Shown piece by piece: positions 54,263 through 63,966 of a DNA stretch of 64,000 bases; within the stretch, counting starts at the first letter, position 1, and the number at the start of each line of letters is the position of its first letter. The position numbers were made by a program, and so were the translations under genes. The stretch comes from Chitinophagales bacterium (GTDB taxonomy: Bacteria > Bacteroidota > Bacteroidia > Chitinophagales > BACL12). The stretch covers positions 4,913-68,912 of the forward strand of contig JBGSYF010000017.1 of assembly GCA_041751015.1 (NCBI GenBank), given 5' to 3'. The notes beneath the pieces were generated by a model, which was given only the letters and a program-made list of their open reading frames with translations, had not been told where the DNA came from and made no database searches.

Positions 54263-54982
54263 GTGAATCCGATACCCGAACATTTGACCGCGAAGCTTGA
54301 AGAGGCTGAAAGGCATTTCGAACTGAACCTGAATAAGTACCGCGATGCGGGCAAAAGATTGTTTGCCTCCTCCTCCTTCCAGACCCATTCTCTGCCCCTG
54401 CTCCACTTGCTAAGCCGCTTCGCACCGCAAACTGATGTTTACTTTCTCGATACGGGTTTTCATTTTCCCCAGACCCTCGCGTTCCGGGATCAGGTAAGTC
54501 GGCAATTGGGCCTCCATGTGCTGGATTTGCGCTCTCCGGTGGGCAAACTCGGACAGCGGGATGCCTCCGGTCAACTGCTCTTCGCTTCGGATCCCGACCA
54601 TTGTTGCTATCTGAACAAGACCCTGCCCATGGAAAGCATTCTTCCCCGCTACGATGTCTGGATCTCGGGCCTGAGACGAGATCAGAACAGCCACCGAAAA
54701 AACTTGCAGGAAGAAGCTGATGGACCGCATGGCAGCAAGCGCTGGCACCCAATGCTGGAATGGGATGCGCGGATGATCTGGGCCTATCGACAGCAACACG
54801 AGCTTCCCGAACATCCCCTCGAAGCCCAGGGCTACCTGAGCGTGGGTTGCGAGCCCTGCAGCTTTCGCTGGGACGCAGCCCTCGCTCAGGAAGACAACCA
54901 GGAAAGCGAGCGCTCCGGGCGCTGGGCGGGTTTGAAGAAAACCGAGTGCGGATTGCACACTGATCTGATCGCCAAAACATGA
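54263..54982 (+). CDS. cysH: phosphoadenosine phosphosulfate (PAPS/APS) reductase family protein
   Basis: SSSFQTHSLPLLHLL (PP-loop-like), YFLDTGFHFPQT, C-terminal ECGLH motif. GTG start. The 255-aa antisense ORF is rejected. Confidence 0.8.
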   Translation: MNPIPEHLTAKLEEAERHFELNLNKYRDAGKRLFASSSFQTHSLPLLHLLSRFAPQTDVYFLDTGFHFPQTLAFRDQVSRQLGLHVLDLRSPVGKLGQRDASGQLLFASDPDHCCYLNKTLPMESILPRYDVWISGLRRDQNSHRKNLQEEADGPHGSKRWHPMLEWDARMIWAYRQQHELPEHPLEAQGYLSVGCEPCSFRWDAALAQEDNQESERSGRWAGLKKTECGLHTDLIAKT

Positions 54983-55899
54983 ATCTTCTGATCACCGGTG
55001 GCGCGGGCTATGTGGGCTATGCGCTGATTCAGCACCTCCTGGCCGAGCCCGGCCCATTAAAAGAAATTTTAATATACGATAATTTATCGCGAAAAAACTT
55101 TGCGCTCTTCAGCGGCAGCCCGGCCAAAGACATCCGCATTCGCTTTGTTCAGGGCGAATTGCTGGACGGAAGAAGCCTGAGTAAGACACTGGAAAACGCG
55201 GATGCAGTGGTGCACCTGGCCGCAAAGGTCAGTACCCCTTTCGCCGACAACGAAGCCCATTTCTTTGACCAGATCAACCACTGGGGCACGGCCCAACTGG
55301 TGCAGGCCGCCACCGACAGCCCTTCGCTAAAGAAATTCCTCTACCTGAGCAGTGTTTCGGTCTACGGGCATCAGCCCGAACCGGTCAATGAACAGACTCC
55401 TCCCCATCCCGATTCCTTCTACGGCCATGCCAAATATCGGGGCGAAGAGCAGCTCGTCCGCCTCCCGGCAGCCTGCGATTCGTACATCTTAAGAGCGGGA
55501 AATGTCTACGGTTACAGCCCCGCCATGAGGCTGGATGCCGTCTTGAACCGCTTTGTCTTTGAGGCTCATTTTCAAGGTAGAATTACCCTGCACGGAAACG
55601 GGGATCAAAACAGGCCCTTCGTCCACGTCGACAAACTGGCTGCGGTGATCAGGACCATATTGTTGGAGGCAGTTCCGCGGGGAGTTTACAATGTTGTAGA
55701 GCACAATTTCAGCGTCAGGGAGCTGGCTCGCGCTGTGGCCAAACACTATCCCGATCTGGAGATGCACACCATCAATCAGCATATTCAGATGAAGAGTCTG
55801 CGGGTTCAGGTCCCCGGCCTGCTTCAGGCTTTCGCGCCCTTTCCCCCGAAAAGCCTGGATGAAGAATTGGCCGAATTCTCTGCACATTTTGCTTTTTAA
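54979..55899 (+). CDS. NAD-dependent epimerase/dehydratase (extended SDR)
   Basis: LITGGAGYVGYAL Rossmann motif and YGHAKYRGE (YxxxK). The start overlaps the cysH stop (ATGA). Confidence 0.8.
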   Translation: MNLLITGGAGYVGYALIQHLLAEPGPLKEILIYDNLSRKNFALFSGSPAKDIRIRFVQGELLDGRSLSKTLENADAVVHLAAKVSTPFADNEAHFFDQINHWGTAQLVQAATDSPSLKKFLYLSSVSVYGHQPEPVNEQTPPHPDSFYGHAKYRGEEQLVRLPAACDSYILRAGNVYGYSPAMRLDAVLNRFVFEAHFQGRITLHGNGDQNRPFVHVDKLAAVIRTILLEAVPRGVYNVVEHNFSVRELARAVAKHYPDLEMHTINQHIQMKSLRVQVPGLLQAFAPFPPKSLDEELAEFSAHFAF

Positions 55900-55931
55900 T
55901 ACCCAATGGCTGAAGGGCGAGCTTTTGCCGG

Positions 55932-55939
55932 TATTTTTG
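55932..55939 (+). promoter_or_regulatory. -7 promoter box (TATTTTTG), 4 nt upstream of the aldo/keto reductase ATG
   Basis: Exact TAnnTTTG. The spacing implies a leaderless or near-leaderless transcript. Confidence 0.45.
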
Positions 55940-55943
55940 AAGC

Positions 55944-56960
55944 ATGAGGTACCGAGTTTTGGGCAAAAGCGGTCTGCGGGTCTCAGAGATCTGCCTGGGC
56001 ACCATGGGCTTTGGCACCGAATGGGGCTATGGAGCTGATCTGGCCGAAAGTCGTCGCGTCTTCGAGGCCTATCTGGAGCTGGGTGGAAACTTTCTGGACA
56101 CGGCCAACCGCTACACCGAGGGCAGCAGCGAGCGGATACTGGGCGAATTGGTTCGCGAAAGCGGCCGAAGGGATGAGCTTGTGATCGCGACCAAGTACAG
56201 CCTCTATACCCACGCCGGCCGCATCAATGACGGGGGCAATCACCGCAAGAATCTGGTTCAGAGCCTGGAGGGCAGCCTGCAGCGCCTGCAAATGGACTGT
56301 GTTGACCTGCTCTGGTTGCACGCATGGGATTTTCTCACCCCGGAGGAGGAGATCATGCGGGCGCTCGACGACCTGATCAGCGCGGGCAAGGTTTTGTACA
56401 TCGGCATCTCGGATACCCCCGCCTGGCTGGTTGCCCGCTGCAATACTTTGGCGGAATGGAGGGGCTGGAACCGCTTTGTCGGCCTGCAGTTGGAGTACAG
56501 CCTGCTGAAACGCGATGCCGAGCGGGATCTGCTGCCGATGGCCGGGCATATGGGCCTTGCAAGCACGGCCTGGGGACCCCTGGGCGGAGGGGCGCTGACG
56601 GGCAAATACCTCAAAAAAGCCGACGCCGGACGACTGAAGACCGACAGCGCACGGCTGAGTCCGGAGGCCGTGGAGATCACCAAAGAAGTGGTTAAAGTCG
56701 CTCGTCAGGCGGGCTGCAAACCGGCACATGTCGCTCTGAACTGGGTGAGGCAAAGGGCCATTCCAATTGTAGGGTCCCGAAATGCCGCTCAGCTCCGGGA
56801 GAGTCTGGCTTGCCTGGAACACGAATTGAGTCCTGAACATCTTGCGCGCCTCGACAAGGCCAGCGCAATCAAATACGGATTTCCCCATGATTTTCTGGCT
56901 TCCGACAATGTCCGCCAGGTGCTGTTCGGTGGACTTCAAGACCGCATTGACCCCCGTTAA
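55944..56960 (+). CDS. aldo/keto reductase
   Basis: MRYRVLGKSGLRVSEICLGTMGFG, LDTANRY, DLLWLHAWD, GISDTPAW. 338 aa. Confidence 0.88.
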   Translation: MRYRVLGKSGLRVSEICLGTMGFGTEWGYGADLAESRRVFEAYLELGGNFLDTANRYTEGSSERILGELVRESGRRDELVIATKYSLYTHAGRINDGGNHRKNLVQSLEGSLQRLQMDCVDLLWLHAWDFLTPEEEIMRALDDLISAGKVLYIGISDTPAWLVARCNTLAEWRGWNRFVGLQLEYSLLKRDAERDLLPMAGHMGLASTAWGPLGGGALTGKYLKKADAGRLKTDSARLSPEAVEITKEVVKVARQAGCKPAHVALNWVRQRAIPIVGSRNAAQLRESLACLEHELSPEHLARLDKASAIKYGFPHDFLASDNVRQVLFGGLQDRIDPR

Positions 56961-56964
56961 CAGC

Positions 56965-57879
56965 ATGTGGAAGACCCTGAGTACATACGCGCGGGCTCCT
57001 TTCCCCTTCTACCTGAACAACGATCGGGAAAACCTTGCCGTGGTCCTTGCCATCAGCCTGTTCACCTTGTTTTTCCTCATGATTTTCAAGCCCTTTGGCC
57101 TGGCTATAACCCATGACAAGCCCGAGGCCCCCTTTGTCTTTGCCGGCATTGCCATGGCAGTGCTGATGGTCCATGTCCTCCTCTTGCCCAGATTGATGCC
57201 ACGCTGGTTTGACGACGGATGCTGGACCCTGGGCGGTTTCGCCCTCTACAACTTGTGGATCATGGCGGTGGTCAGTGTCTTTGCCACCATCTACGGCCAT
57301 TACTGGCTGTTTGAAGACAGTGGCTACTCTTTTCTCAGCCATTTGATGTTCGAACTCTTCCGGGTGATCAGTATTGGTTTGTTTCCCGTCAGTGCGATGA
57401 TCTTTCTAATGTATAACAGAATGTTGATCAGGAGTTTGCGGGATATGAATCGGGCCAATCAGAATCTGGGTCAACTCAAGGACATCGCAGCGGTCAGAAC
57501 AGGGGCAGAAAACGGCTCGGCAAACCGCGATTGGTTGATCAAAGCCGACACCCAGGAGCAACTGGAATTGTCCAAAGAGGCTTTTTTGTATGCCGAGGCG
57601 GATGACAACTACAGCCGCATTGTCTGGCTCGAAGACGGAGAGGTGCAGAACCGGCTTCTGCGATTGACGCTGAAGAACCTGGAGGAACAGCTCCCAACAG
57701 GCCCGTTCAGCCGGGTACACCGCTCTTTCCTGGTCAATCTGGAAAGGGTTGAAGAGCTGCGAGGCAACGCCTCCGGTTATCGCCTCTACCTGGCCGCGGC
57801 AGATGCGGAGATTCCCCTGGCCAGAACCCGGAGCCGCGAAGTCCTCGATCAGATTGAGTCCATTGGACTGCTGACCTGA
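56965..57879 (+). CDS. membrane-tethered LytTR-family DNA-binding protein (4 TM + LytTR, no receiver domain)
   Basis: ATG 56965 is preferred. Four hydrophobic segments are followed by a LytTR domain (FLYAEADDNYSRIVWLEDG...LEEQLPTGPFSRVHRSFLVNLERVEEL). Confidence 0.8.
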   Translation: MWKTLSTYARAPFPFYLNNDRENLAVVLAISLFTLFFLMIFKPFGLAITHDKPEAPFVFAGIAMAVLMVHVLLLPRLMPRWFDDGCWTLGGFALYNLWIMAVVSVFATIYGHYWLFEDSGYSFLSHLMFELFRVISIGLFPVSAMIFLMYNRMLIRSLRDMNRANQNLGQLKDIAAVRTGAENGSANRDWLIKADTQEQLELSKEAFLYAEADDNYSRIVWLEDGEVQNRLLRLTLKNLEEQLPTGPFSRVHRSFLVNLERVEELRGNASGYRLYLAAADAEIPLARTRSREVLDQIESIGLLT

Positions 57880-57916
57880 GGCCTGCCCAACCCTGCCGTT
57901 CACCACAGGCCCATAT

Positions 57917-57948
57917 CCATTGGCCCCAGGGCTTTGCCATTGGCCCCA
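57917..57948 (+). repeat. perfect 12-bp direct repeat CCATTGGCCCCA x2 with 20-bp phasing
   Basis: Copies at 57917..57928 and 57937..57948. A degenerate third copy, CAATGGCC, is at 57968..57975. The repeat starts 38 nt after the LytTR gene stop and ends 135 nt upstream of the DUF2141 gene. Confidence 0.7.
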
Positions 57949-58082
57949 AATGCCCTGTTGCAGCCTACAATGGCCTGAGTTGGGGTCCTTTCCACCCAAC
58001 TATGCCCGTAATCTTGGTGTTATAGATACAGACAGTCCATCCCCCGAAGGGCTGCATTCCAGTAACATTAACACCCCCAATC

Positions 58083-58556
58083 ATGAAAATCTTATCCTTA
58101 AGCACCCTGATGCTTGTCTTAAGCGCAAGCCTCAGTGCACAACAAAGCCAAAGTCTGCGCGTGATGGTCGATCGCATTCCCGACGAGCAGGCTACTACTA
58201 TGGTCATGCTCTACGGAGCAGGCACTCAATTTTTGAACGATCAGGCCGAAGCCCTGCAGATTCACACGATACCTGCGGGCCAGAACCGGGCCAGCCTGGA
58301 ACTGGATGGATTGGTCAGCGGTCAGTACTACGCCATCATGGTCTTTCAGGACTTAAATGGAAATGGGGTATTGGATCGCCGCAACGGCCGCCCCATAGAA
58401 CCCTATGCCTTCACCGAAGCTGCTTCGATGACCGGAACCCCCAGTTTTTCGGATGTCGCCTTCCGCCTGGATGAGGAAACCAGTGCCATCTTGTTGAACA
58501 TGGTTCCCATTTCCAATCGCCTGCGCGAAAAGGGCGAAACGCTTTCGGTTCGATAA
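58083..58556 (+). CDS. DUF2141 domain-containing protein
   Basis: Signal peptide. FQDLNGNGVLDRRNGRPIEPYAFT is the hallmark DUF2141 segment. Confidence 0.75.
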   Translation: MKILSLSTLMLVLSASLSAQQSQSLRVMVDRIPDEQATTMVMLYGAGTQFLNDQAEALQIHTIPAGQNRASLELDGLVSGQYYAIMVFQDLNGNGVLDRRNGRPIEPYAFTEAASMTGTPSFSDVAFRLDEETSAILLNMVPISNRLREKGETLSVR

Positions 58557-58597
58557 GCCCGCCTTAAGAGCGGTGCACATCGCACTTCAGGAAACGC

Positions 58598-58633
58598 AAA
58601 ACTCCGGACAACACGCTTGTTCCGGAGTTTTTT
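58598..58633 (+). terminator. rho-independent terminator after the DUF2141 gene
   Basis: AAAACTCCGGA (12-nt loop) TCCGGAGTTTT, with a T-run of 6. Confidence 0.75.
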
Positions 58634-58746
58634 GTGCTTTTGCACCGGGCTGGGCAGCCCTACCACTTAATCAAGGGCTTCTCTTGGCGACGGCAACAGC
58701 AATTCTTGACACATCTGCTATCTTTAGGGCCTTAATCGCCGCCTCT

Positions 58747-59157
58747 ATGCATCAAAGATTGTTTCTCGCTACTGCCCTTGTGCTCGCTGTTGGGCTGAGT
58801 TCCTGCCTGACCGATGAGGTAGCGCCCAATATTATCCTGCGCAATGCTTCGGGTGATACCATACGGGGCGATACCCTGACGGGAATGCTCAATAGTGTCC
58901 TTACTCTGGTTGCCGAAACCACGGATGATCAGGACATTCTGGACGTCTCTTACTTTCAGGGTTACCCCGGCCTGATAGAGGAGCAGATCAACTACGCAAT
59001 ACCCATTGAGCTGACCAATCGCCGTCACGAAGTCTTCGTCGACCTGTCCTTTCCCGATTCCCTGTACAACTCCAACGATGTAAGTTCCATTCGGGTGAAG
59101 GCTGAGGACCGCAGCGGCAACGTTTCAGAGATCTCTGCCCTGATCTTAGTTCAGTAG
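58747..59157 (+). CDS. hypothetical lipoprotein
   Basis: ATG 58747 gives MHQRLFLATALVLAVGLSSC (lipobox) and lies after the terminator. The track start at 58573 is rejected. Confidence 0.55.
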   Translation: MHQRLFLATALVLAVGLSSCLTDEVAPNIILRNASGDTIRGDTLTGMLNSVLTLVAETTDDQDILDVSYFQGYPGLIEEQINYAIPIELTNRRHEVFVDLSFPDSLYNSNDVSSIRVKAEDRSGNVSEISALILVQ

Positions 59158-59162
59158 GCGCT

Positions 59163-60428
59163 TTAGAGAAGTCCCCTTTCCGCTTTGCAACTGGCTTCCA
59201 GCGCTTCCAAAAGGATTTCGCAGGCCTGTTCAATCTGATCTTGCCCGATGATAAGGGGTGGGGCTATGCGCAGACAGTGGTCGGCATACAGAAACCAGTC
59301 GCTCAGGACTCCGCGCTCCAGCGCGTGGGCAATCAGCGCCTGGTTGAGCGTTGAACTTTCCAGTTCCAAGGCCATGAGCAGGCCAAAAGAGCGCAGCTCC
59401 CGGATAGCAGGATGGAGCAGCAATCGGTGGAATTGAGCTTCGGCTCCGGGCACATGGCTCATCAAGCCTTCGACCTGCAAGACCTCAAGCGCCGCAAGCG
59501 CTGCAGCACAGGACAGCGGATGACCTCCAAAGGTGCTGATATGGCCCAATACCGGTTGATGGGTCAACTCCTGCATCAGCTCCCGGGAAGCGATGAAGGC
59601 ACCCAGAGGTAAACCCCCGCCCAGAGCCTTGGCGAGCACCAGAATATCGGGGATCACCCCGCTGTGCTCCAAACCCAGAAAACGACCGCTGCGCCCGCAC
59701 CCGGTTTGTGACTCATCAAAGATGAGCAGCGCCCCAACATCACTGCAGCGTTTGCGCAGGGCACTCAGGTAGCCCGGCGGAGGCAGCACCACACCGGCTT
59801 CCGCCTGCACCACTTCGGCCACCACGGCTGCCGTTCGACAAGAGATTTGCTGCAACTGATCCAGCTGGCCGTAGTCCAGTTGTCGCACATCCGGCAGCAG
59901 CGGTCTGAACGCGGATTTGAATTCCTCACTACCCCCTATGCTCAAGGCCCCCTGAGTGGAACCGTGATAGGCCTTTGCAAAAGCCACCAGCTCCCTTCGA
60001 CCCGTTGCGCGTTTGGCCAGTTTCATAGCCCCTTCGACGGCTTCACTGCCGGAATTCACAAAGAAGACGTTGTTCAGGGTTTCGGGTAGGAGCGAAATCA
60101 GCTTCTCGGCCAGGGCGAGCTGCGGGGATTGAATCAACTCCCCGTAAACCATCGTGTGCAGATGGCGGGACGCCTGTTCCTGAACGGCTTTCACGATAGC
60201 GGGATGCCCGTGGCCCAAACCGGATACGGCGATGCCACTGATCAGGTCCATCCAGCGTTTCTCCCCCTTTCCGTAGAGATAAATGCCTTCTGCACGCTCT
60301 ATCTCCAAAGCCAGCGGAAAGGGGCTGGTTTGTGCCTGATAGCGCAGAAACAACTCTCTTTGGTTCAAGTGGGGGCTATTTTTCGGGTCGAAATGGGGGG
60401 TAAGCTCGTGGCGGGGCTTGCGGGACAA
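59163..60428 (-). CDS. class III pyridoxal-phosphate-dependent aminotransferase (acetylornithine/GABA aminotransferase-like)
   Basis: FVNSGSEAVEGAMKLA, LIFDESQTGCGRSG, LAKALGGGLPLGA (PLP-Lys region). The TTG start is uncertain. Confidence 0.85.
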   Translation of the reverse strand: MSRKPRHELTPHFDPKNSPHLNQRELFLRYQAQTSPFPLALEIERAEGIYLYGKGEKRWMDLISGIAVSGLGHGHPAIVKAVQEQASRHLHTMVYGELIQSPQLALAEKLISLLPETLNNVFFVNSGSEAVEGAMKLAKRATGRRELVAFAKAYHGSTQGALSIGGSEEFKSAFRPLLPDVRQLDYGQLDQLQQISCRTAAVVAEVVQAEAGVVLPPPGYLSALRKRCSDVGALLIFDESQTGCGRSGRFLGLEHSGVIPDILVLAKALGGGLPLGAFIASRELMQELTHQPVLGHISTFGGHPLSCAAALAALEVLQVEGLMSHVPGAEAQFHRLLLHPAIRELRSFGLLMALELESSTLNQALIAHALERGVLSDWFLYADHCLRIAPPLIIGQDQIEQACEILLEALEASCKAERGLL

Positions 60429-60596
60429 TCAGCGCTTCGCTGCATTGGGAAGGCCGGGCAAAATTACTGCTACCCATGCTCAGTGCGCGAAAAGATTGCC
60501 CGAACTCCAGTCCTGTGAGTCCCGTAAAAGGCGAATATTTGCCCTTTGCAGGAAAAAACCGTTCATAGCCCAAATTTATCAATTCATTTTTTCGTA

Positions 60597-61484
60597 ATGA
60601 AAACACGCGCATTTGCCTTACTATGCCTTTTCAGCAGCACAGCAGGTTTGCTTATGGCTCAGGATAGCAGTAAGGAGTTAAAGATCATACAGGACAGCCT
60701 TTACATTCTGGAAGTGCAGGACGACAGTGAACCCGACAAGGTTCTGCATGCCGAGCCTCTGTATATTGACCTGATTCGGGATCTGGGTGCGCGCAAGGGC
60801 GAGAAAGAATGGAACATAGGACTTGGGCTCTTTGACAATGTCCGCTTTGATGAATACGAAGCCCTGGTGGAATACGAATTCGCCCCCATCAATCGCCTGG
60901 GCCTTGAGATAGAATTGCCCTTCAGCTTTTACTATCCCGCCAATGGGGAATTGAATTCCGACTCCGTTCCCGGAAACCGGCTCAACAGCCTTAAACTGGC
61001 CGGGCAATACTCCTTTCTGGTCTCCGAAAAGTGGAAGACCTCAATGGCCATCGGTTATCTGCACGAGTTTGAGTTTGTGGAATTCAGAGATTACAATAGA
61101 ACAGATATATATAAAGGAAATGTATTTAGTCCCTTTTTTATCGCCGCCAAGCGATTCAAAGACAATTGGCATAGCCTGATCTATACCGGACCGCTGATAG
61201 AACAAACCTTTGCAGACAAGAGCACTACATTAAGCTGGCAGATCAATACCAGCTTCCACTACATGATCAGCGGTACACGCAATTTCCTGGGTGTAGAGTT
61301 CAACAAGGAAGTGGAGGATGGCAATTGGGGTATGACCATCCGGCCGCAGATGAGGGTTGGCATTGCCGACAATCTTCTGGTGGGTATCGTCAGCGGAATA
61401 CCCATCAGCAAGGAAAATGAGCGTTTAAGCGCCTTCGTGCGACTGATCTACGAGCCGGGTCACAAGACCCATCCCAAAAAGTAG
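60597..61484 (+). CDS. HAEPLYID-motif family outer-membrane-like protein
   Basis: Signal peptide MKTRAFALLCLFSSTAGLLMAQ. Contains the literal motif HAEPLYID, followed by LIRDLGARKGEKEWN. Confidence 0.7.
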   Translation: MKTRAFALLCLFSSTAGLLMAQDSSKELKIIQDSLYILEVQDDSEPDKVLHAEPLYIDLIRDLGARKGEKEWNIGLGLFDNVRFDEYEALVEYEFAPINRLGLEIELPFSFYYPANGELNSDSVPGNRLNSLKLAGQYSFLVSEKWKTSMAIGYLHEFEFVEFRDYNRTDIYKGNVFSPFFIAAKRFKDNWHSLIYTGPLIEQTFADKSTTLSWQINTSFHYMISGTRNFLGVEFNKEVEDGNWGMTIRPQMRVGIADNLLVGIVSGIPISKENERLSAFVRLIYEPGHKTHPKK

Positions 61485-61552
61485 TCTGGAAGCAAACGCA
61501 TCGGCGAAGACGCTGCTCTGGATGGGCAGGAGTTAGAGGCAAAGCACCTTTA

Positions 61553-62515
61553 TCAGGCCTTCTTGCGCTCTATGGCCCTGCGTACGGCCGCAACGACATC
61601 CGGAGTATCCAGTCCGTACTTGACCAGGAGTTGATCCGGAGTTCCGCTTTCGCCAAAGCTGTCGCGAACCGCAACCTGTTCCATGGGCACCGGATGCTCC
61701 GCGGCCAGAGTCTGGGCTACGCTGCTGCCCAGACCTCCCAGCCACTGATGCTCTTCGGCGCAGACCACGCAACCCGTCTTGCGCGCCGATTGCAGGATAG
61801 CCGCCTGGTCCAGGGGCTTGATGGTGTGGATATTGATCAATTCAACGCTGACGCCTTCGGCTTCGAGCACATTGACCGCCTCTATGGCCTTGACCACCAG
61901 ATGACCTGTCGCCACAAGGGTAACGTCGCTGCCCGGCTTGATCATCCAGGCCTTGCCAATCTCAAACTTCTGATCGGCGGGCGTGAAGATGGGCCATTTT
62001 GGACGGCCAAAGCGCAGATAAACCGGACCTTCATGATCGGCAATGGCCAGTGTGGCTGCCTTGGTCTGGTTGTAGTCGCAGGGGTTGATGACCGTAAAGC
62101 CCGGCAGCATCTGCATCAGACCAATGTCCTCCAGAATCTGGTGGGTGGCCCCGTCTTCGCCCAGAGTCAAACCGGCGTGTGAGGCGCAGATCTTTACGTT
62201 CTTGTTGGAATAGGCAATGGACTGCCTGACCTGATCATAGACCCGGCCTGTGGCAAAATTGGCAAAGGTGGTCGCGAAGGGAATCTTGCCCCCTATGGTC
62301 AAGCCTGCAGCAATGCCCATCATGTTGGCTTCGGCAATTCCGCATTGAATGTAGCGCTCGGGAAAATCGCGGATGAAATCACCCAGCTTGAGCGAACCGG
62401 CCAGGTCTGCGCAGAGGGCCACCACATTGGGATTGCGCTTGCCCAATTCGTGAATACCGGCGCCAAAACCCGAGCGGGTGTCCTTGCCGTTTGCGTAATC
62501 CAGAGCCATCCACAT
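61553..62515 (-). CDS. transketolase, C-terminal (pyrimidine-binding + C-terminal domain) subunit of a split enzyme
   Basis: [67 protein letters not shown]. 320 aa. Confidence 0.9.
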   Translation of the reverse strand: MWMALDYANGKDTRSGFGAGIHELGKRNPNVVALCADLAGSLKLGDFIRDFPERYIQCGIAEANMMGIAAGLTIGGKIPFATTFANFATGRVYDQVRQSIAYSNKNVKICASHAGLTLGEDGATHQILEDIGLMQMLPGFTVINPCDYNQTKAATLAIADHEGPVYLRFGRPKWPIFTPADQKFEIGKAWMIKPGSDVTLVATGHLVVKAIEAVNVLEAEGVSVELINIHTIKPLDQAAILQSARKTGCVVCAEEHQWLGGLGSSVAQTLAAEHPVPMEQVAVRDSFGESGTPDQLLVKYGLDTPDVVAAVRRAIERKKA

Positions 62516-62532
62516 AATATGAGCGTTTATAT

Positions 62533-63966
62533 TTATAGTTTTATTGAGGTGCTGCTCCCCGGGCTGACCTCAAAATCCCTGGTTTGTGTGGAGCGCATAA
62601 AGCGGTTCTGTTTGGCCCGGAAAAGCACCGTGTATTTACCGGGTTGAAGGGCGATGGTTTCGCTGCGCGGCAGAGTGCTGAGTTGATAAATTTCTTCCAG
62701 CTCCCCGTCCTTTCGCTGTAAAACACTGCCGATCAATTCATGAGCATGAACAAAGGTCACATATCCGGGGGCGGGAATCTCAAAGCTGGTGACTTTGTCC
62801 TGCCCGATGTCCAAACCCCGGATTAAAATCCGCGGCAAAGTTAGCACCTCAATATCGTATTTTCCGGTTCGGTAGCGCTGCTCGGTATTGAAGTCCTGGA
62901 CATGCAGAATCTCCCGGGTGCCGCTGCGGTAGATAAGCGCCTGCAGGCGGTAATTGAAGGGATTGCCCAGGGTTCCCAGTCTCAACATTCCCTGCGCCGC
63001 CGGCACCCGCACGACATTGAGCTCATTGCTGCTTATGCTCACCGGGCTGATCTGTATGGGCGGAATGCTGTGTATGGTCAACTCGTAGTCCAGGATGGGA
63101 TCGACGTAGAAGGTATCCGCCTGACCGCGATCGTTGAGCGTGTGGTAGTAGTTGTGTTGCAGCTTGCCCCCCGGCAGGGCATAGAAGCTCATGTTCAAAT
63201 CGGTTTCGCTCGGTCTGGACTGTTCGTCCAGCAATTCGACCCGCAAAACGGTACGGCTGAGAATGCGCTGCAAGGTGCGGCCCAGAATACGGTCCAGATC
63301 GGTGCGGCTGGCGGCGTTGTAGTAATCGCCGACACAGGTAAAGGCATCATGGGTATCCGGCGACATGCCCAGACCGATGACATAGGCCCGCAACAAGACG
63401 TTGCGGCTGCGCAATTGCTCCACTTCGTAGCAGGGGTCGCGCTGGCAACTCTCCACCCCGTCGGTGATCAGCAAGATGACATTTCGGCTCGAAGGGTCTT
63501 CGGGGAAATCCCTGGCGCACTGCGCGAGCGCATAGGCGATGGGCGTAATTCCCTTGGGTCGGATCTCGTCCATTTTGGCTATGATGGACTTGCCACTTCC
63601 CTGGCGAAAGCCCACTTCGAGTCGGCTGTCCTGGCAATTGTAGTCACCCTGATAGCTCTGGTGGCCATACAAGCGCAGCGCCAGTTCGACATTCTCCACA
63701 TGGCTCAGCGTATCCACAATCTTGTTGATCAGTTCCCGGGCAGCGGCCATCTTGGTTCCCGGACCCCATACATCGCTCATGCTGCGGCTGGCATCCACCA
63801 CCAAAAGGATACGGGTGCGCTGAGGAACTGTAGGGCCGCCGCTGCCCTGGGCTTGCAGCGTTGTGGTTCCAAACGTCAAAAAAATTACGAGCACGGGCAT
63901 AGCTAAACTCTGCATCGCGCGCGCAAAGGTCAACATACAAAACAATATGGTATTGCAATGCTTCAT
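62533..63966 (-). CDS. von Willebrand factor type A (VWA) domain protein, secreted
   Basis: [13 protein letters not shown] (MIDAS DxSxS), [12 protein letters not shown]. Signal peptide. The alternative start is ATG 63915. Confidence 0.8.
   Translation of the reverse strand: MKHCNTILFCMLTFARAMQSLAMPVLVIFLTFGTTTLQAQGSGGPTVPQRTRILLVVDASRSMSDVWGPGTKMAAARELINKIVDTLSHVENVELALRLYGHQSYQGDYNCQDSRLEVGFRQGSGKSIIAKMDEIRPKGITPIAYALAQCARDFPEDPSSRNVILLITDGVESCQRDPCYEVEQLRSRNVLLRAYVIGLGMSPDTHDAFTCVGDYYNAASRTDLDRILGRTLQRILSRTVLRVELLDEQSRPSETDLNMSFYALPGGKLQHNYYHTLNDRGQADTFYVDPILDYELTIHSIPPIQISPVSISSNELNVVRVPAAQGMLRLGTLGNPFNYRLQALIYRSGTREILHVQDFNTEQRYRTGKYDIEVLTLPRILIRGLDIGQDKVTSFEIPAPGYVTFVHAHELIGSVLQRKDGELEEIYQLSTLPRSETIALQPGKYTVLFRAKQNRFMRSTQTRDFEVSPGSSTSIKL

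Noticed and set aside
57920-58474. 184-aa plus-strand ORF overlapping the DUF2141 gene in another frame
   Set aside because: The DUF2141 frame has a signal peptide and the family hallmark motif. The overlapping ORF is Pro/Arg/Gly/Cys-rich with no motif.
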